Virus record (IMG/VR): IMGVR_UViG_3300036802_000013
Coordinates: 306 to 64,305 of that record
Source: a virus
Length of the DNA stretch: 64,000 bases
Strand: one strand, 5' to 3'
Positions 18,201 through 27,607 of the stretch are shown here, one piece after another. Below the pieces are notes generated by a model. The model saw nothing but the letters and a program-made list of their open reading frames with translations. It ran no database searches and was not told the DNA's origin. The number at the start of each line of letters is the position of its first letter. Position 1 is the first letter of the stretch. A program made the position numbers and the translations under genes.

Positions 18201-18557
18201 ATGGGCGTATCTAATTACGACAAGGAAGCAGGCACAAAGAAATACGAAATAAAATACACGCTAGATACTACAGAAGGGGTCGAAAGGATTCTAGAAGACA
18301 CGCACAAGATACGTAGTAGGGCTTTCGAGCGTGGCGACATGGCGGCAATCGACTTACTAGTAGACCTAGAGGCGGCTATAGAGAAAGCGCCGTTAACAGA
18401 CAAGCAACGTAGAGCAATAGAACTATACTACGAAAACGATTTAAGCCAAGAAACGACGGCTAAACTAATGGGCTGCGATACCTCGACAGTAAGCAGACAC
18501 CGAAAAGCGGCAGTAAAACACATTACGAACGTATATAAACAATGGGAATATAACTAG
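18201..18557 (+). CDS. Sigma70 region-4-type HTH regulator (possible late activator)
   Basis: LTDKQRRAIELYY..DLSQE..AKLMGC...TVSR. Confidence 0.8.
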   Translation: MGVSNYDKEAGTKKYEIKYTLDTTEGVERILEDTHKIRSRAFERGDMAAIDLLVDLEAAIEKAPLTDKQRRAIELYYENDLSQETTAKLMGCDTSTVSRHRKAAVKHITNVYKQWEYN

Positions 18558-18570
18558 GAGGATAACGACA

Positions 18571-19140
18571 ATGATAGCAGGAAACCAGATCATAAACTTC
18601 AAAGGGTACAAAGAGCAATTTATTACGGTATTTACAGGCGACTATAAAAAGCTATTCGCAGAGGAAACGGAAAAGCTAGTAAAGCTAATGCTACCGCTAC
18701 CCGAGCGTATGGAAGCCGTAGAGTTCTTAACAGAACGATTCTTCGAAGACGTGGGGCGTATGCCTACCGATGTCTATGCGACAGACTCAAATAATAAGAG
18801 AATCAACGCACTAGACTTACTTTCTAGTCACATCTTATACGAGAGCTTAGAAGGCGACGCACGCCCCGACAAAATTACGCTCGAAGAGTTCCCAGTAGTG
18901 ACCGAAAGCCAAACGAAGCGCCGCCGCATCAAACGTGGAGAAATCAGCGTAGACGTTACAAAGGCATGTGCGTCTATCGCTAACGATGGAAGGAACTACC
19001 GAGAGCCTACGAGACGAGTGCGTAAGCCATACGAAAACGACAAAGTAGAACAACTAGCGGCTGAAAAGATGCGTGAAGCGGACGCCACATATAAGGCTGC
19101 TACGTCACCGAGTAAGATCACGAAAGGGCGAGTAGCCTAG
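18571..19140 (+). CDS. Hypothetical protein
   Basis: RBS AGGAGG; ORF. Confidence 0.65.
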   Translation: MIAGNQIINFKGYKEQFITVFTGDYKKLFAEETEKLVKLMLPLPERMEAVEFLTERFFEDVGRMPTDVYATDSNNKRINALDLLSSHILYESLEGDARPDKITLEEFPVVTESQTKRRRIKRGEISVDVTKACASIANDGRNYREPTRRVRKPYENDKVEQLAAEKMREADATYKAATSPSKITKGRVA

Positions 19141-19187
19141 TACCATTATAGGTGGCTCGTACTACTTATATACGTAGGAGGTGCAAA

Positions 19188-19436
19188 ATGTTAACTAGGT
19201 TTAGGCTAAAGCCAAATATACGCAAGGTACTTAAAAAGCAAGGGCTATCTATTAGCCGACGAGAATACGAGTACTTATGTTACTGTAATAGTATTATCAT
19301 AAACACAAGCCCAGCGAATCCGAAGGAGCGACTAAAAGACGGCGTGAACATCATCGAAGTTATTCACGAAGGTCATAGCGCTAAGTTTTGGATAGAAGTA
19401 TATAGAAAGAGAGTTATTAGAGCTTACGTTATGTAG
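19188..19436 (+). CDS. Hypothetical protein
   Basis: RBS AGGAGGT; terminator follows. Confidence 0.55.
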   Translation: MLTRFRLKPNIRKVLKKQGLSISRREYEYLCYCNSIIINTSPANPKERLKDGVNIIEVIHEGHSAKFWIEVYRKRVIRAYVM

Positions 19437-19463
19437 GCTCTTTTTTATGCCCTAAAATAAAAG

Positions 19464-19549
19464 TTGACATGTTAAAGTTGTCAGTGTAATATAATAAACG
19501 TAGACAACGAACTACACAGCGAAACTAAAAACGAAAGAGGTAATTACAA
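19464..19549 (+). promoter_or_regulatory. SigA promoter with operator and conserved cassette leader
   Basis: TTGACA-17-TAATAT; TGACA-N9-TGTCA; hairpin 19500-19515. Confidence 0.8.
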
Positions 19550-19831
19550 ATGAAAAACGCATTATTAGCACTTGCAATCGGAGCAACTACATTCGTCGGA
19601 GGCATGTACGTAGCACGCCACGAAGAGGATCGTACGGTATCGCAAGATTTTAAGGTTACTATCGTAGAAGGTACTGCAATCGTAGGAAGCGGCAAGGAAA
19701 ATCACGGCATTTACTTAACAAATGACGGCGAATTTAAGGACTACGACAGCATTAAAGTGGGCGATATGATTCGTGTAACGTTCGGTAATGCGGACGACGA
19801 TATCCGCAATGTAGAAAGACTAAAATATTAA
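19550..19831 (+). CDS. Secreted or anchored small OB-like protein
   Basis: N-terminal hydrophobic stretch; IKVGD.I.V. Confidence 0.65.
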   Translation: MKNALLALAIGATTFVGGMYVARHEEDRTVSQDFKVTIVEGTAIVGSGKENHGIYLTNDGEFKDYDSIKVGDMIRVTFGNADDDIRNVERLKY

Positions 19832-19891
19832 GAGACAGGGCGCTATATGCGCTCTTTTTTTATTGCTGCGAAACTTTTTTCGAAAATATCG

Positions 19892-19973
19892 TTGACACGA
19901 TAAACATGTCAGTGTAATATAATAGACGTAGCAGGCGAGCTACTAAAACATAAAACGAAAGAGGTAATCACAC
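19892..19973 (+). promoter_or_regulatory. SigA promoter with operator and conserved cassette leader
   Basis: TTGACA-17-TAATAT; TGACA-N9-TGTCA; hairpin 19928-19943. Confidence 0.8.
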
Positions 19974-20237
19974 ATGAACACACTTAAACCATTAAAACAA
20001 TATGAGGCAGAAATCGAAGCGAAATTACTTCACTACATCGAAAACCCCGACGCTCACGGCTGGCACTTCACAGACAGCGAGTTCATCGGATATAGAGACG
20101 GGCATTTTAAAGCGAGAGCTAAACATCCCGACGACAACGACTTAGCGGTATTCCGCTTCGACCCTTACACATTCGTTGTAACAGTCGAATTTAAGAGATT
20201 CAGAGGTACAGAGTACCATATCGGTACACTTGCTTAA
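19974..20237 (+). CDS. Hypothetical cassette protein
   Basis: Conserved RBS; terminator follows. Confidence 0.65.
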   Translation: MNTLKPLKQYEAEIEAKLLHYIENPDAHGWHFTDSEFIGYRDGHFKARAKHPDDNDLAVFRFDPYTFVVTVEFKRFRGTEYHIGTLA

Positions 20238-20296
20238 AACGGAGCGCTTCGGCGCTTCTTTTTTTTTATGCCTTAAAACTTTTTTAACGAATTGTG

Positions 20297-20436
20297 TTGA
20301 CATGTTCAACGTGTCAGTGTAATATAATAAGCGTAGGGTGCAACGAACACCACACAGGGCTATCGAAAGCCCGCTGCGTCATGGACATAGAAAAGCGCAG
20401 CACACAGTAAACTATAAACGAAAGAGGTAATCACAC
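20297..20436 (+). promoter_or_regulatory. SigA promoter with operator and long structured leader
   Basis: TTGACA-17-TAATAT; TGACA-N9-TGTCA; leader homologous to 7590-7684. Confidence 0.8.
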
Positions 20437-20934
20437 ATGAAATTTTCAATCACATTAGCAAACTTAGGAGTATACAACGAGGGCGAGTTACACGCAGAAA
20501 GCATTCTCTTCCCAGCAGAAACGAAAGAGGTTGCAGCAGCGTATAACCGAGTATCATATAGCGGAATGAATGACGTAATTATCATATCTGATAACGCACC
20601 ATTCGAAATTCACCAATACGAGCAGCTAGCAGTTTTAGAGCGTATCGGGAATCTCGACGAAGATACATACGAAGCATTCCTAATCCTAGCGAATCATATG
20701 TCACTTAACTTAGCTTGCGAAATGGCACGCCGCAATGAGTTTCGCATCTACCGAGAGGTGAAGGACGTAGGCGACGTAGCTTATCAAATTCTACAAGAAG
20801 ATGCAGACTTTCAAGAGCTGCCCGACTTCGTAAAACGTCACTTCGATTACGACGGATACGGCGAAGAGCTGGAAAGCGAATCTTCTTTCTATGAAGACTT
20901 TGCAAACGAAGCGCTTTTAGTAATTCATGATTAA
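20437..20934 (+). CDS. ardA: ArdA antirestriction protein (type I R-M DNA mimic)
   Basis: ANLG.YNEG.L, very acidic, ..HFDY..YG.EL C-terminus. Confidence 0.8.
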   Translation: MKFSITLANLGVYNEGELHAESILFPAETKEVAAAYNRVSYSGMNDVIIISDNAPFEIHQYEQLAVLERIGNLDEDTYEAFLILANHMSLNLACEMARRNEFRIYREVKDVGDVAYQILQEDADFQELPDFVKRHFDYDGYGEELESESSFYEDFANEALLVIHD

Positions 20935-21003
20935 ATGCCAGGGCGGGAAACCGCCTTTTTATTTTGCGAGGGCGCTATATGCGTCCTTTTTGTCGTGGAC
21001 TCG

Positions 21004-21032
21004 CCAAGATATCGAACATGCTGCGCCTATAG
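21004..21032 (+). promoter_or_regulatory. Phage-specific promoter motif
   Basis: ccaa-N15-gcgcctatag. Confidence 0.7.
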
Positions 21033-21063
21033 AAATGAAAAGACAAGCGAAAGAGGCGAGATC

Positions 21064-21759
21064 ATGGAAACTAAGAAATTCTTATTCAATCGTAACGGCA
21101 TCAAAGTAGGATACGACAAAGCAATAGAGCAGCCTAGCGTGGACGTGCTAAAGAATACGCCTGCATTATGGAATGCTTCACTACAGGACGCACTAAAGTA
21201 CGGTGGCGAGCTTACAAAAGCTGCTATAGGTGCGATGAATCTGCGCCACGATAAAAAGTACATCGTAGTAGATACAAAGGTACATATGCTTATGCCTAAC
21301 ATGTGTCCAGCTATTCCAAATTGGCACAGCGACGGCGTACCACGAGGCAACGAATTACGACCCGAAGCGAAAGCAGCACCCGACATCTTCGCACAGGACT
21401 ATATGCGAGACAGCCGTTTCCATTTACTCGTGACAGGTGAAGGCTGCCTAACCGAGTTCATTACGAAGCCCGTCGAACTGGACGTACCAGCAGAGCCAAA
21501 TACGGCGCTATACGGAATGGTTAACAAGCAAGTAAGGGAAATGGTAGCAGCAGGCGAATTAGACGTATTCACAGCGCCGTCGTGTACGGCTATCGAGTTC
21601 GATTGGTTCGATATTCATAGAGGCGTGCAGGCAACTAAACACGAATGGCGTTACTTAATACGAGTAACAGAAACCGACCACATGCCGCCGCAGACGGATT
21701 TACGACAGGTATTACGTACGCAGCAACAAGTATATGTACCGACTGATTTCGGATGGTAA
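21064..21759 (+). CDS. Putative 2OG-Fe(II) dioxygenase-fold protein
   Basis: WHSD (HxD) ... IHRG ... WR; start after RBS GAAAGAGG. Confidence 0.55.
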   Translation: METKKFLFNRNGIKVGYDKAIEQPSVDVLKNTPALWNASLQDALKYGGELTKAAIGAMNLRHDKKYIVVDTKVHMLMPNMCPAIPNWHSDGVPRGNELRPEAKAAPDIFAQDYMRDSRFHLLVTGEGCLTEFITKPVELDVPAEPNTALYGMVNKQVREMVAAGELDVFTAPSCTAIEFDWFDIHRGVQATKHEWRYLIRVTETDHMPPQTDLRQVLRTQQQVYVPTDFGW

Positions 21760-21771
21760 GGGGGAGTAGGG

Positions 21772-21984
21772 ATGGAAGGTTTTACGTTTAAATTCGGTGA
21801 TAAGGTCGAGTTAGCTAGTCCAAGAGATACGGAGAGTCATTATGAAGGCTTATTCGGTGTAGTTGTTGGCTCGGAGTACGACGAAGGCTACAAATGCTAT
21901 CAAGTATGGTTCGAAGGTGACTATGAACCTGAAACAAGGTACGAAGATGAGTTGAAGTACAAGGAGAAAGGGGCGATAGAATGA
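21772..21984 (+). CDS. Hypothetical SH3-like protein
   Basis: FKFGDKV...G.VV...Y.V.F...EDEL. Confidence 0.6.
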   Translation: MEGFTFKFGDKVELASPRDTESHYEGLFGVVVGSEYDEGYKCYQVWFEGDYEPETRYEDELKYKEKGAIE

Positions 21985-22184
21985 AAACAGTATTTAACTG
22001 TACGCAAGTATCTGCCGACACGATAGAGGTATATAGAGCTGCCGACGATATTGTAATAGAGCTAGATGTAGGCGTAGACTTCGATACATCGGTACTCATT
22101 TCGGTAGAAGATGCGAAGAAGCTACGCAAGTCACTAAAGAAGCTAATACGAGAGGCGGAAGAGAACTATGTTAGTGTGTGCTAA
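21981..22184 (+). CDS. Hypothetical protein
   Basis: Coupled ORF with RBS. Confidence 0.6.
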   Translation: MKTVFNCTQVSADTIEVYRAADDIVIELDVGVDFDTSVLISVEDAKKLRKSLKKLIREAEENYVSVC

Positions 22185-22296
22185 ATGCAGAAGAGCAGCA
22201 ACAGGGCTTTACAATTCAACGACGCAGCCGCAGCTTTTAATATGTAAAAAATGCAAAGCGAAAGAAAAAGATCAGGAAAAAGGAGAGTGTAATTAA
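22168..22296 (+). CDS. 42-aa CxxC/CxxC peptide
   Basis: MLVCAKC...ICKKCK; RBS GAGG; TAATG coupling. Confidence 0.5.
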   Translation: MLVCAKCRRAATGLYNSTTQPQLLICKKCKAKEKDQEKGECN

Positions 22297-22715
22297 TGAC
22301 TAATTTATTCATGGCAGTACACAAGGAAAAGGGTCACATTATCGCAGGTGCAAAGGGGCAGGCATGTTTCTTCGATAAGTCTTTCTTAGGGCGTTCTATC
22401 GGACAGACAAGCAACAAAAAAGGGGATTACGTTATTATCGAGTTCAACCCTACGAGAATCATCGCAGCAGCAAACCCGAAAGAGTTTAAAGTAACTGAAA
22501 TACACGGCAAGGATTGGAACGACGAGGCACGTTACGAGCTATCAACGCCTGCTGGTGGTTTCTGTATCGGCTCACTAAGCGAATGCCCCGAAGACGCTTC
22601 TCTAGGGCGTGACCTAAGTTTTGCATATGACGTCGTAGACTTAATGCGTGAAGCATACGAGGCGGGATTACGTGGTGATAAGTTTATCGTAGAACAGGAG
22701 GACGAAGAAGAATAG
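22296..22715 (+). CDS. Hypothetical protein
   Basis: RBS AAGGAG; terminator follows. Confidence 0.65.
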   Translation: MTNLFMAVHKEKGHIIAGAKGQACFFDKSFLGRSIGQTSNKKGDYVIIEFNPTRIIAAANPKEFKVTEIHGKDWNDEARYELSTPAGGFCIGSLSECPEDASLGRDLSFAYDVVDLMREAYEAGLRGDKFIVEQEDEEE

Positions 22716-22743
22716 GCGCTCAAATAGAGCGCTCTTTTTTATG

Positions 22744-22772
22744 CCTAAATAACGAGCCTGCTGCGCCTAGAA
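22744..22772 (+). promoter_or_regulatory. Phage-specific promoter motif
   Basis: ccta-N15-gcgcctagaa. Confidence 0.65.
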
Positions 22773-22803
22773 TAACGAGGACAAAAAGAAAGGGGGCGCT
22801 TAT

Positions 22804-23097
22804 ATGGCGCAAGAAATCACGGTAGGAACGTTAGCAAGATTAACGGATAGTTTCACTATTGCCGAGGTATGGGACGACGACACTCTAAAGATTTATAAAG
22901 AGGACTGTACGCATTTTGTGCGTGGTACGGTCGTGGAAGTTCTGCACTTATTCGAAGGTGAAGGGTGTCCGCAGCAGGCTGTAATTTACTCGGAGGTGCT
23001 GAAAGAGGCGACGACGTGTGCAGTAGACTTTCTAGAGCCTATGAAGGTTATACATGTAAGCGGGTATGTGCCTGCGGGCAAAATGATACGGGGGTGA
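22804..23097 (+). CDS. Hypothetical protein
   Basis: RBS AAGGGGG. Confidence 0.6.
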   Translation: MAQEITVGTLARLTDSFTIAEVWDDDTLKIYKEDCTHFVRGTVVEVLHLFEGEGCPQQAVIYSEVLKEATTCAVDFLEPMKVIHVSGYVPAGKMIRG

Positions 23098-23822
23098 GGG
23101 ATATCAAACGGCTACGAACGAAGAAAGAGAAGGTAGAGTACATCTTGCAGCATTACCCCGAAACACGGGTAAGCGATAGACTTCTAGTGCTTACGTATTG
23201 GCGTCACTTCGACAACATTACGAAGATAGACGACTGCGTAAAGGCTACGAGTTCCGAAACGATCACACGGCTGCGCCGCCTGCTGAATGAGAGCGGCAAG
23301 TATGTAGTATCCGACGAGGATCGTAGAGCGCTACATGCGAAGGAGCAGGAAAAAGAAAACGAGTTCCGTAGGTTGCTCGAAGAGAATGCGTTTGACGACG
23401 GTTTTATATCTATAAAAGCGCCTAGCGTACGCAAGACACTTCACATAGACCTAATACGTGCAGACGAAAGGGTATTGCATGACTTGCGCAATGTAGGCGG
23501 CGTATACACGTTCTACGATGCGTATAGTAATCCGCTATACGTCGGCATATCTAAAGACCTATTTACTCGTATGCAGTCACATATAAACGAAATCAGCACA
23601 AACAAAAGACTACGTGAACTTATGCGGGCTGGTATCGTACATCGAGTGGACTTTATGTATGTGGGTAACGTGTACAGTCGAGACATATACGAGACTTATC
23701 TAATTAAGTCGCTGCGTCCTTTCTGTAATTTAGGGAAGACGAACAAGGGGCGCACGTCCAGCGAGCAGGGCGATATACTACAGGGATATACGAACCACAT
23801 TAACGAGAAGAAGGGCGCTTAG
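23094..23822 (+). CDS. GIY-YIG nuclease-domain protein with N-terminal HTH-like region
   Basis: GGVYTFY...PLYVGIS..L..R..SH...E..LI...P..N; GTGA coupling. Confidence 0.75.
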   Translation: MRDIKRLRTKKEKVEYILQHYPETRVSDRLLVLTYWRHFDNITKIDDCVKATSSETITRLRRLLNESGKYVVSDEDRRALHAKEQEKENEFRRLLEENAFDDGFISIKAPSVRKTLHIDLIRADERVLHDLRNVGGVYTFYDAYSNPLYVGISKDLFTRMQSHINEISTNKRLRELMRAGIVHRVDFMYVGNVYSRDIYETYLIKSLRPFCNLGKTNKGRTSSEQGDILQGYTNHINEKKGA

Positions 23823-23843
23823 TATGCGCTCTTTTTTATTTGA

Positions 23844-23872
23844 CCAGAAACGTGATCATACTGCGCCTATAG
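23844..23872 (+). promoter_or_regulatory. Phage-specific promoter motif
   Basis: ccag-N15-gcgcctatag. Confidence 0.65.
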
Positions 23873-23906
23873 AAATGAATCACACAAAATAAAGGGAGCG
23901 ATACAC

Positions 23907-24200
23907 ATGCAAGTAGAGATTAAAGAGCAGGTAGACACGGTAGCAAAGGCAGGCGACTTAGTAGTAATGCGATGGACTCACCAGCCGTACGAATGGGTCG
24001 GACAGATTACGAAGACAAGCGCATCAGACAACGCATACTTACATGGACTAGACGGCAAAAGTCAGTACTACCGTGTACGAGGGTTTAAAACAGTAGCGGC
24101 ATTAATGGAGCATTTAAAAACGTCTCGCAGCGTACGAGAGTTAAAGGTATTGCCGCAGGATACGCACAAACTACAGGTAGTAGCGAAGGGGCTAAAGTAA
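23907..24200 (+). CDS. Hypothetical protein
   Basis: RBS AAGGGAG. Confidence 0.6.
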   Translation: MQVEIKEQVDTVAKAGDLVVMRWTHQPYEWVGQITKTSASDNAYLHGLDGKSQYYRVRGFKTVAALMEHLKTSRSVRELKVLPQDTHKLQVVAKGLK

Positions 24201-24805
24201 TGCATGGTAGAACCTGTACTAAATGTACTCAAAAGAAGGGCTTTCGCTCGTTCTATAAAGGTAGCCTTATGTGTAAGGTGTGTAAGGCAGAGCAAGAAGC
24301 CAAAGTAGATGCGGAGTTTTACGAAAGACTAGAAAAGAACGAATTCGACGACGGTAACATAAGCGTAACGCTACCTAGCGTACGTAAAACGCTATCTGTA
24401 TCGGACTTAGAAGAAGACGAGTACCCGTTATACGACCTAGAGGGCGTGGGAGGCGTGTACACATTCTATGATAAGTACGGGAATCCGCTATACGTGGGGA
24501 TAACATCGGACTTTAAGCAGAGGATAAAAAGTCATATAGCAATGAATAAAAGGGCGCAGAACAACTGGAAGCTAAAGGCTTTAATGCTGTATGGTGTGCC
24601 ATATCAGATAGAGCTGCGCTACGTATCATCAGCAAGAAATCGAGACATATACGAAACTTATATGATTAATGAGCTAGAGCCGTTCTGTAATATAAGTAAG
24701 GCGGAAAGCTGCAAAAACGGTCGAGCTGCTAAACGTATGGATATCGGGGTAGTACGAGAGTACAACGAATGGTGTCAACAATACGACGATACAGGGCGCA
24801 TCTAG
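24200..24805 (+). CDS. GIY-YIG nuclease-domain protein with N-terminal zinc finger
   Basis: CTKC...CKVC then GGVYTFY..YVGI; paralogue of 23094..23822. Confidence 0.75.
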   Translation: MHGRTCTKCTQKKGFRSFYKGSLMCKVCKAEQEAKVDAEFYERLEKNEFDDGNISVTLPSVRKTLSVSDLEEDEYPLYDLEGVGGVYTFYDKYGNPLYVGITSDFKQRIKSHIAMNKRAQNNWKLKALMLYGVPYQIELRYVSSARNRDIYETYMINELEPFCNISKAESCKNGRAAKRMDIGVVREYNEWCQQYDDTGRI

Positions 24806-24862
24806 TTTCTTCCTATTATATAGACAACGAAAAAAAGAGCGGTCGCTATTAAGCGCCGCTTT

Positions 24863-25054
24863 TTATTTTGCCGACTTTCTTCGACGTATCCTGCGTTCTG
24901 TTACAATTGCTGCACCGACTGCGGTAGATACCAGCAGGAAAATTACGGCGATAACATCAACGGCAAGGCTATCGAACTTAGACGAGACGCCGACGAATAC
25001 CAGCGCTACAGTTAGTACCGCTAACATTGTTAGAGTTATTTTGTCTTCGCTCAT
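24863..25054 (-). CDS. Two-TM small membrane protein with basic tail
   Basis: Hydrophobic 63 aa ending RRIRRRKSAK. Confidence 0.55.
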   Translation of the reverse strand: MSEDKITLTMLAVLTVALVFVGVSSKFDSLAVDVIAVIFLLVSTAVGAAIVTERRIRRRKSAK

Positions 25055-25141
25055 AATAATAATGTGTAAGACGTACAGTGCCGTGTTATACTAGTTAGTA
25101 AGTACACCGCCCAGTATTGCGAGTACCGAGCGGTATATGTC

Positions 25142-25312
25142 TTACTTGTCTTGCTTATTGCGATTGAAAGAGATGTTAATTTCTATGTAGTTCTCTTCTT
25201 TCTTACGCTTGACACTTACACTAAAGTCTTTCAGTAAAAAGTAAACTACGATTACTGTAAGAGCAGGTGCATTAACTTTTGCTAGGTCTACTAGCGCCTG
25301 TACGTCTAACAC
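25142..25312 (-). CDS. 56-aa single-TM peptide
   Basis: RBS AAAGGAGG, GTG start, MLDVQALVDLAKVNAPALTVIVVYFLLK...; SigA promoter TTGACA (25390) / TATACT (25366). Confidence 0.6.
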   Translation of the reverse strand: MLDVQALVDLAKVNAPALTVIVVYFLLKDFSVSVKRKKEENYIEINISFNRNKQDK

Positions 25313-25469
25313 AAGATAACCTCCTTTCGTTGGTTACTGTACTCTTTCGAGTACTTACATAGTATAACACTAATAGCGTGAACATGTCAACAGGTATTTT
25401 TATGCCTGTTTTGGCGTGCCTTTATACTACTTATTATATACGTATCGTTCGTATTTTATTTAAAATAAT

Positions 25470-26670
25470 TACTTTCGACTATACACGTTTTACCTTATTA
25501 GAAGCCTAAGGGAACGCCTATAAACGAATAGGGCGATATATGTAGCCGAATAAATGTGCGTTAAATGTACGGTAAATGTTCGGTATTAGCGCTATGTGTA
25601 TGAGCCTACATTTCTGTAATTATTACGCTATCATTTACGTTAATAATACGATCCTCTTTTAGCTAAATGATACGATAAATGATGCGTTAAATGTAGCGAT
25701 AATAGGCGTTACTCTAGCGCTCAATGTAAACAAATAAGATAGGTCGATAAATGTATGTTAACCAAGCGCTATAATGTACGCAGATAGGGCGGTATATATG
25801 ACCGCATATTATAGTATCTAGATATAGGGCGATACGTTGGGACAGTAGGGCGCACCATGTACGCATAGGGCTATAGGGTAGGGCGATATACCACGGCATG
25901 TATAGGCGGTATATGTGGGCGCTATGTGTACGGGCATACCGTTTACGTACGATTACAAATAGAAGGATTAACGGGAATGTATCGCAGGCTATTACCTACC
26001 GTTATGTGTGCGTTATGTGTACGCTGTGTCTATGCGGTATGTGTATGGGCTATGGGTATACGTGGGCGTACGGTATGTGGGTACGATGGTATGCGATGGT
26101 AGTACGTGGGTGTGTGGTGAGCGTGGTGTGTGCGTGAAGGATTACTATTCTATTTCATCTGCTCGCCGTCTCGCTGAGGAAGGACACTGAAACTCGGGGG
26201 GTCTTCGAAGTTGTCAAGTACTTTCTTTATGCAACATCTTATTCATTCGAAAGTATATTCAAGAAGTATAATGAACGTTGATATTAAAGCATTCTTCTTC
26301 GTGCATAAACGAATTGTAAATAAAGTATGAATGTAAAAGCGTCTCGAATCCTTTAACAGCAACGATTCAAGCGAATTGACGAATGAAACAAAAGGTCATT
26401 GTGTTGCATTCAGCATACAGAAAACTTGCATACTCATTCATCGAGCCAATCGAACCCGAAGCGAAAATGCCACGCCCCCCAAGCCACCACCACCAGCCCC
26501 CGCAACTGCTGTACGAAAACTACGCAATATATTTTCGAACTCGGGGCGTAACAGTCGATAATACCTGCCGCATACTCTCCGTAAACTCATACAGTCAACT
26601 TCGTTATACACTACGAAAGACACTACGAATACACTACGACACTCTCTCACTATACATTCAGCGCTAACAA
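25470..26670. repeat. Non-coding, strand-asymmetric short-repeat region (possible packaging or terminus region)
   Basis: TAAATG repeats ~25550-25700, TAGGGCG repeats 25530-25890, GT-rich 26000-26135, C/A-rich 26470-26650 with CACTACGA x3. Confidence 0.6.
26381..26411. other. Putative tyrosine-recombinase resolution site
   Basis: GAATGAAACAAA-aggtcat-TGTGTTGCATTC (12-7-12 imperfect dyad); matching half-site TTGTGTTACATTC at 28635-28647 near the recombinase promoter. Confidence 0.55.
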
Positions 26671-26800
26671 TACGAAATTAAATCTATTAATCTAAGTCAC
26701 GCTCTTTTATTCTTCCAAAATTTAACGAATGCCACCCGATTACTTCCGTGATATAATTATGCTATCGGCGAAATCATTTAATCGAAAAGGAGTTTGTGAA

Positions 26801-27388
26801 ATGTATAACGAACGTTTTGCGATTCAACAGCGCATGAGTGAAATTAAAGAAGAACGCAGGGAACTGAAAGACGAGTATTATAAGCTAATGGATAGATTGC
26901 GTGATTTAGATAAAGATAGCGGCGGCGCAGATATTACTGGACTTGCGACAGAGTTAACGAAAGCAGTACAGCTCGTTGCGTCTATTGTACCGCCTGTTAC
27001 TGCGCATCAAGTAATAGAGCGAGTGGTACGAGATTCTAACGCACACGAAACGGTAATCACAACGGATAAGACACCGAGCGAAACAAATCGCAGAGTAGGC
27101 GCAGCAGTACAACAAGCGCAGATTAACGGCGTACCTTCGGTCGAGACGTCACTTAAAAGATTAACACCTACTGACGCAGTACCTAAAGTCGTTACGATCC
27201 TACGTGAGAATGGCGAAATGAAGGCGAAAGACATCGAAAAAGAACTAGCCGACCGTGGATATTTCTGTAATACAAATGTACACGAACTTTTACGCAGGGC
27301 TAAAGTAGACAACCTAGCGCAGAATATTAGCTTTGGCGTGTGGACTGCGATTGAATCAGAGAAAGATCAGCAGGAGAATCACGCATAA
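26801..27388 (+). CDS. Rok-like DNA-binding protein (coiled coil plus winged helix)
   Basis: MYNERFA...RLRDLD resembles the B. subtilis Rok N-terminus MFNERE...KLRELD (from memory); C-terminal wHTH-like segment. Confidence 0.55.
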   Translation: MYNERFAIQQRMSEIKEERRELKDEYYKLMDRLRDLDKDSGGADITGLATELTKAVQLVASIVPPVTAHQVIERVVRDSNAHETVITTDKTPSETNRRVGAAVQQAQINGVPSVETSLKRLTPTDAVPKVVTILRENGEMKAKDIEKELADRGYFCNTNVHELLRRAKVDNLAQNISFGVWTAIESEKDQQENHA

Positions 27389-27494
27389 TATCTTTTTATA
27401 TATAGACCTTACGCAGTAATAGCGTGGGGTCTTTTTTTCGTTCTATTAGCGCCTTCTTTCGCTTCTTTAATACCTTCGCATTAATCTTCTATTA

Positions 27495-27607
27495 TTGCTG
27501 CGTTCTCTTAGAGGATACGCAGTAGACTCTAATATGTTTTATATAGCTATAGTTCTTTAATAGATATAGTTAGTGTGCGTTTGAGCCATGTTAGCTAGAC
27601 CGCACAA
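27495..27607 (-). repeat. Inverted copy of the 56062-56156 origin-like element
   Basis: 27567-27607 is the exact reverse complement of 56062-56102; further shared blocks. Confidence 0.85.

Noticed and set aside
26161-26210. Hammerhead-like CTGAGGA...GAAA...GTC
   Set aside because: Stem II is only 2 bp, stem III is weak and no convincing stem I forms in any topology
25714-26667. ORFs 25714, 25898, 26008, 26376, 26383 and 26438
   Set aside because: Low-complexity translations of repeat DNA without RBS
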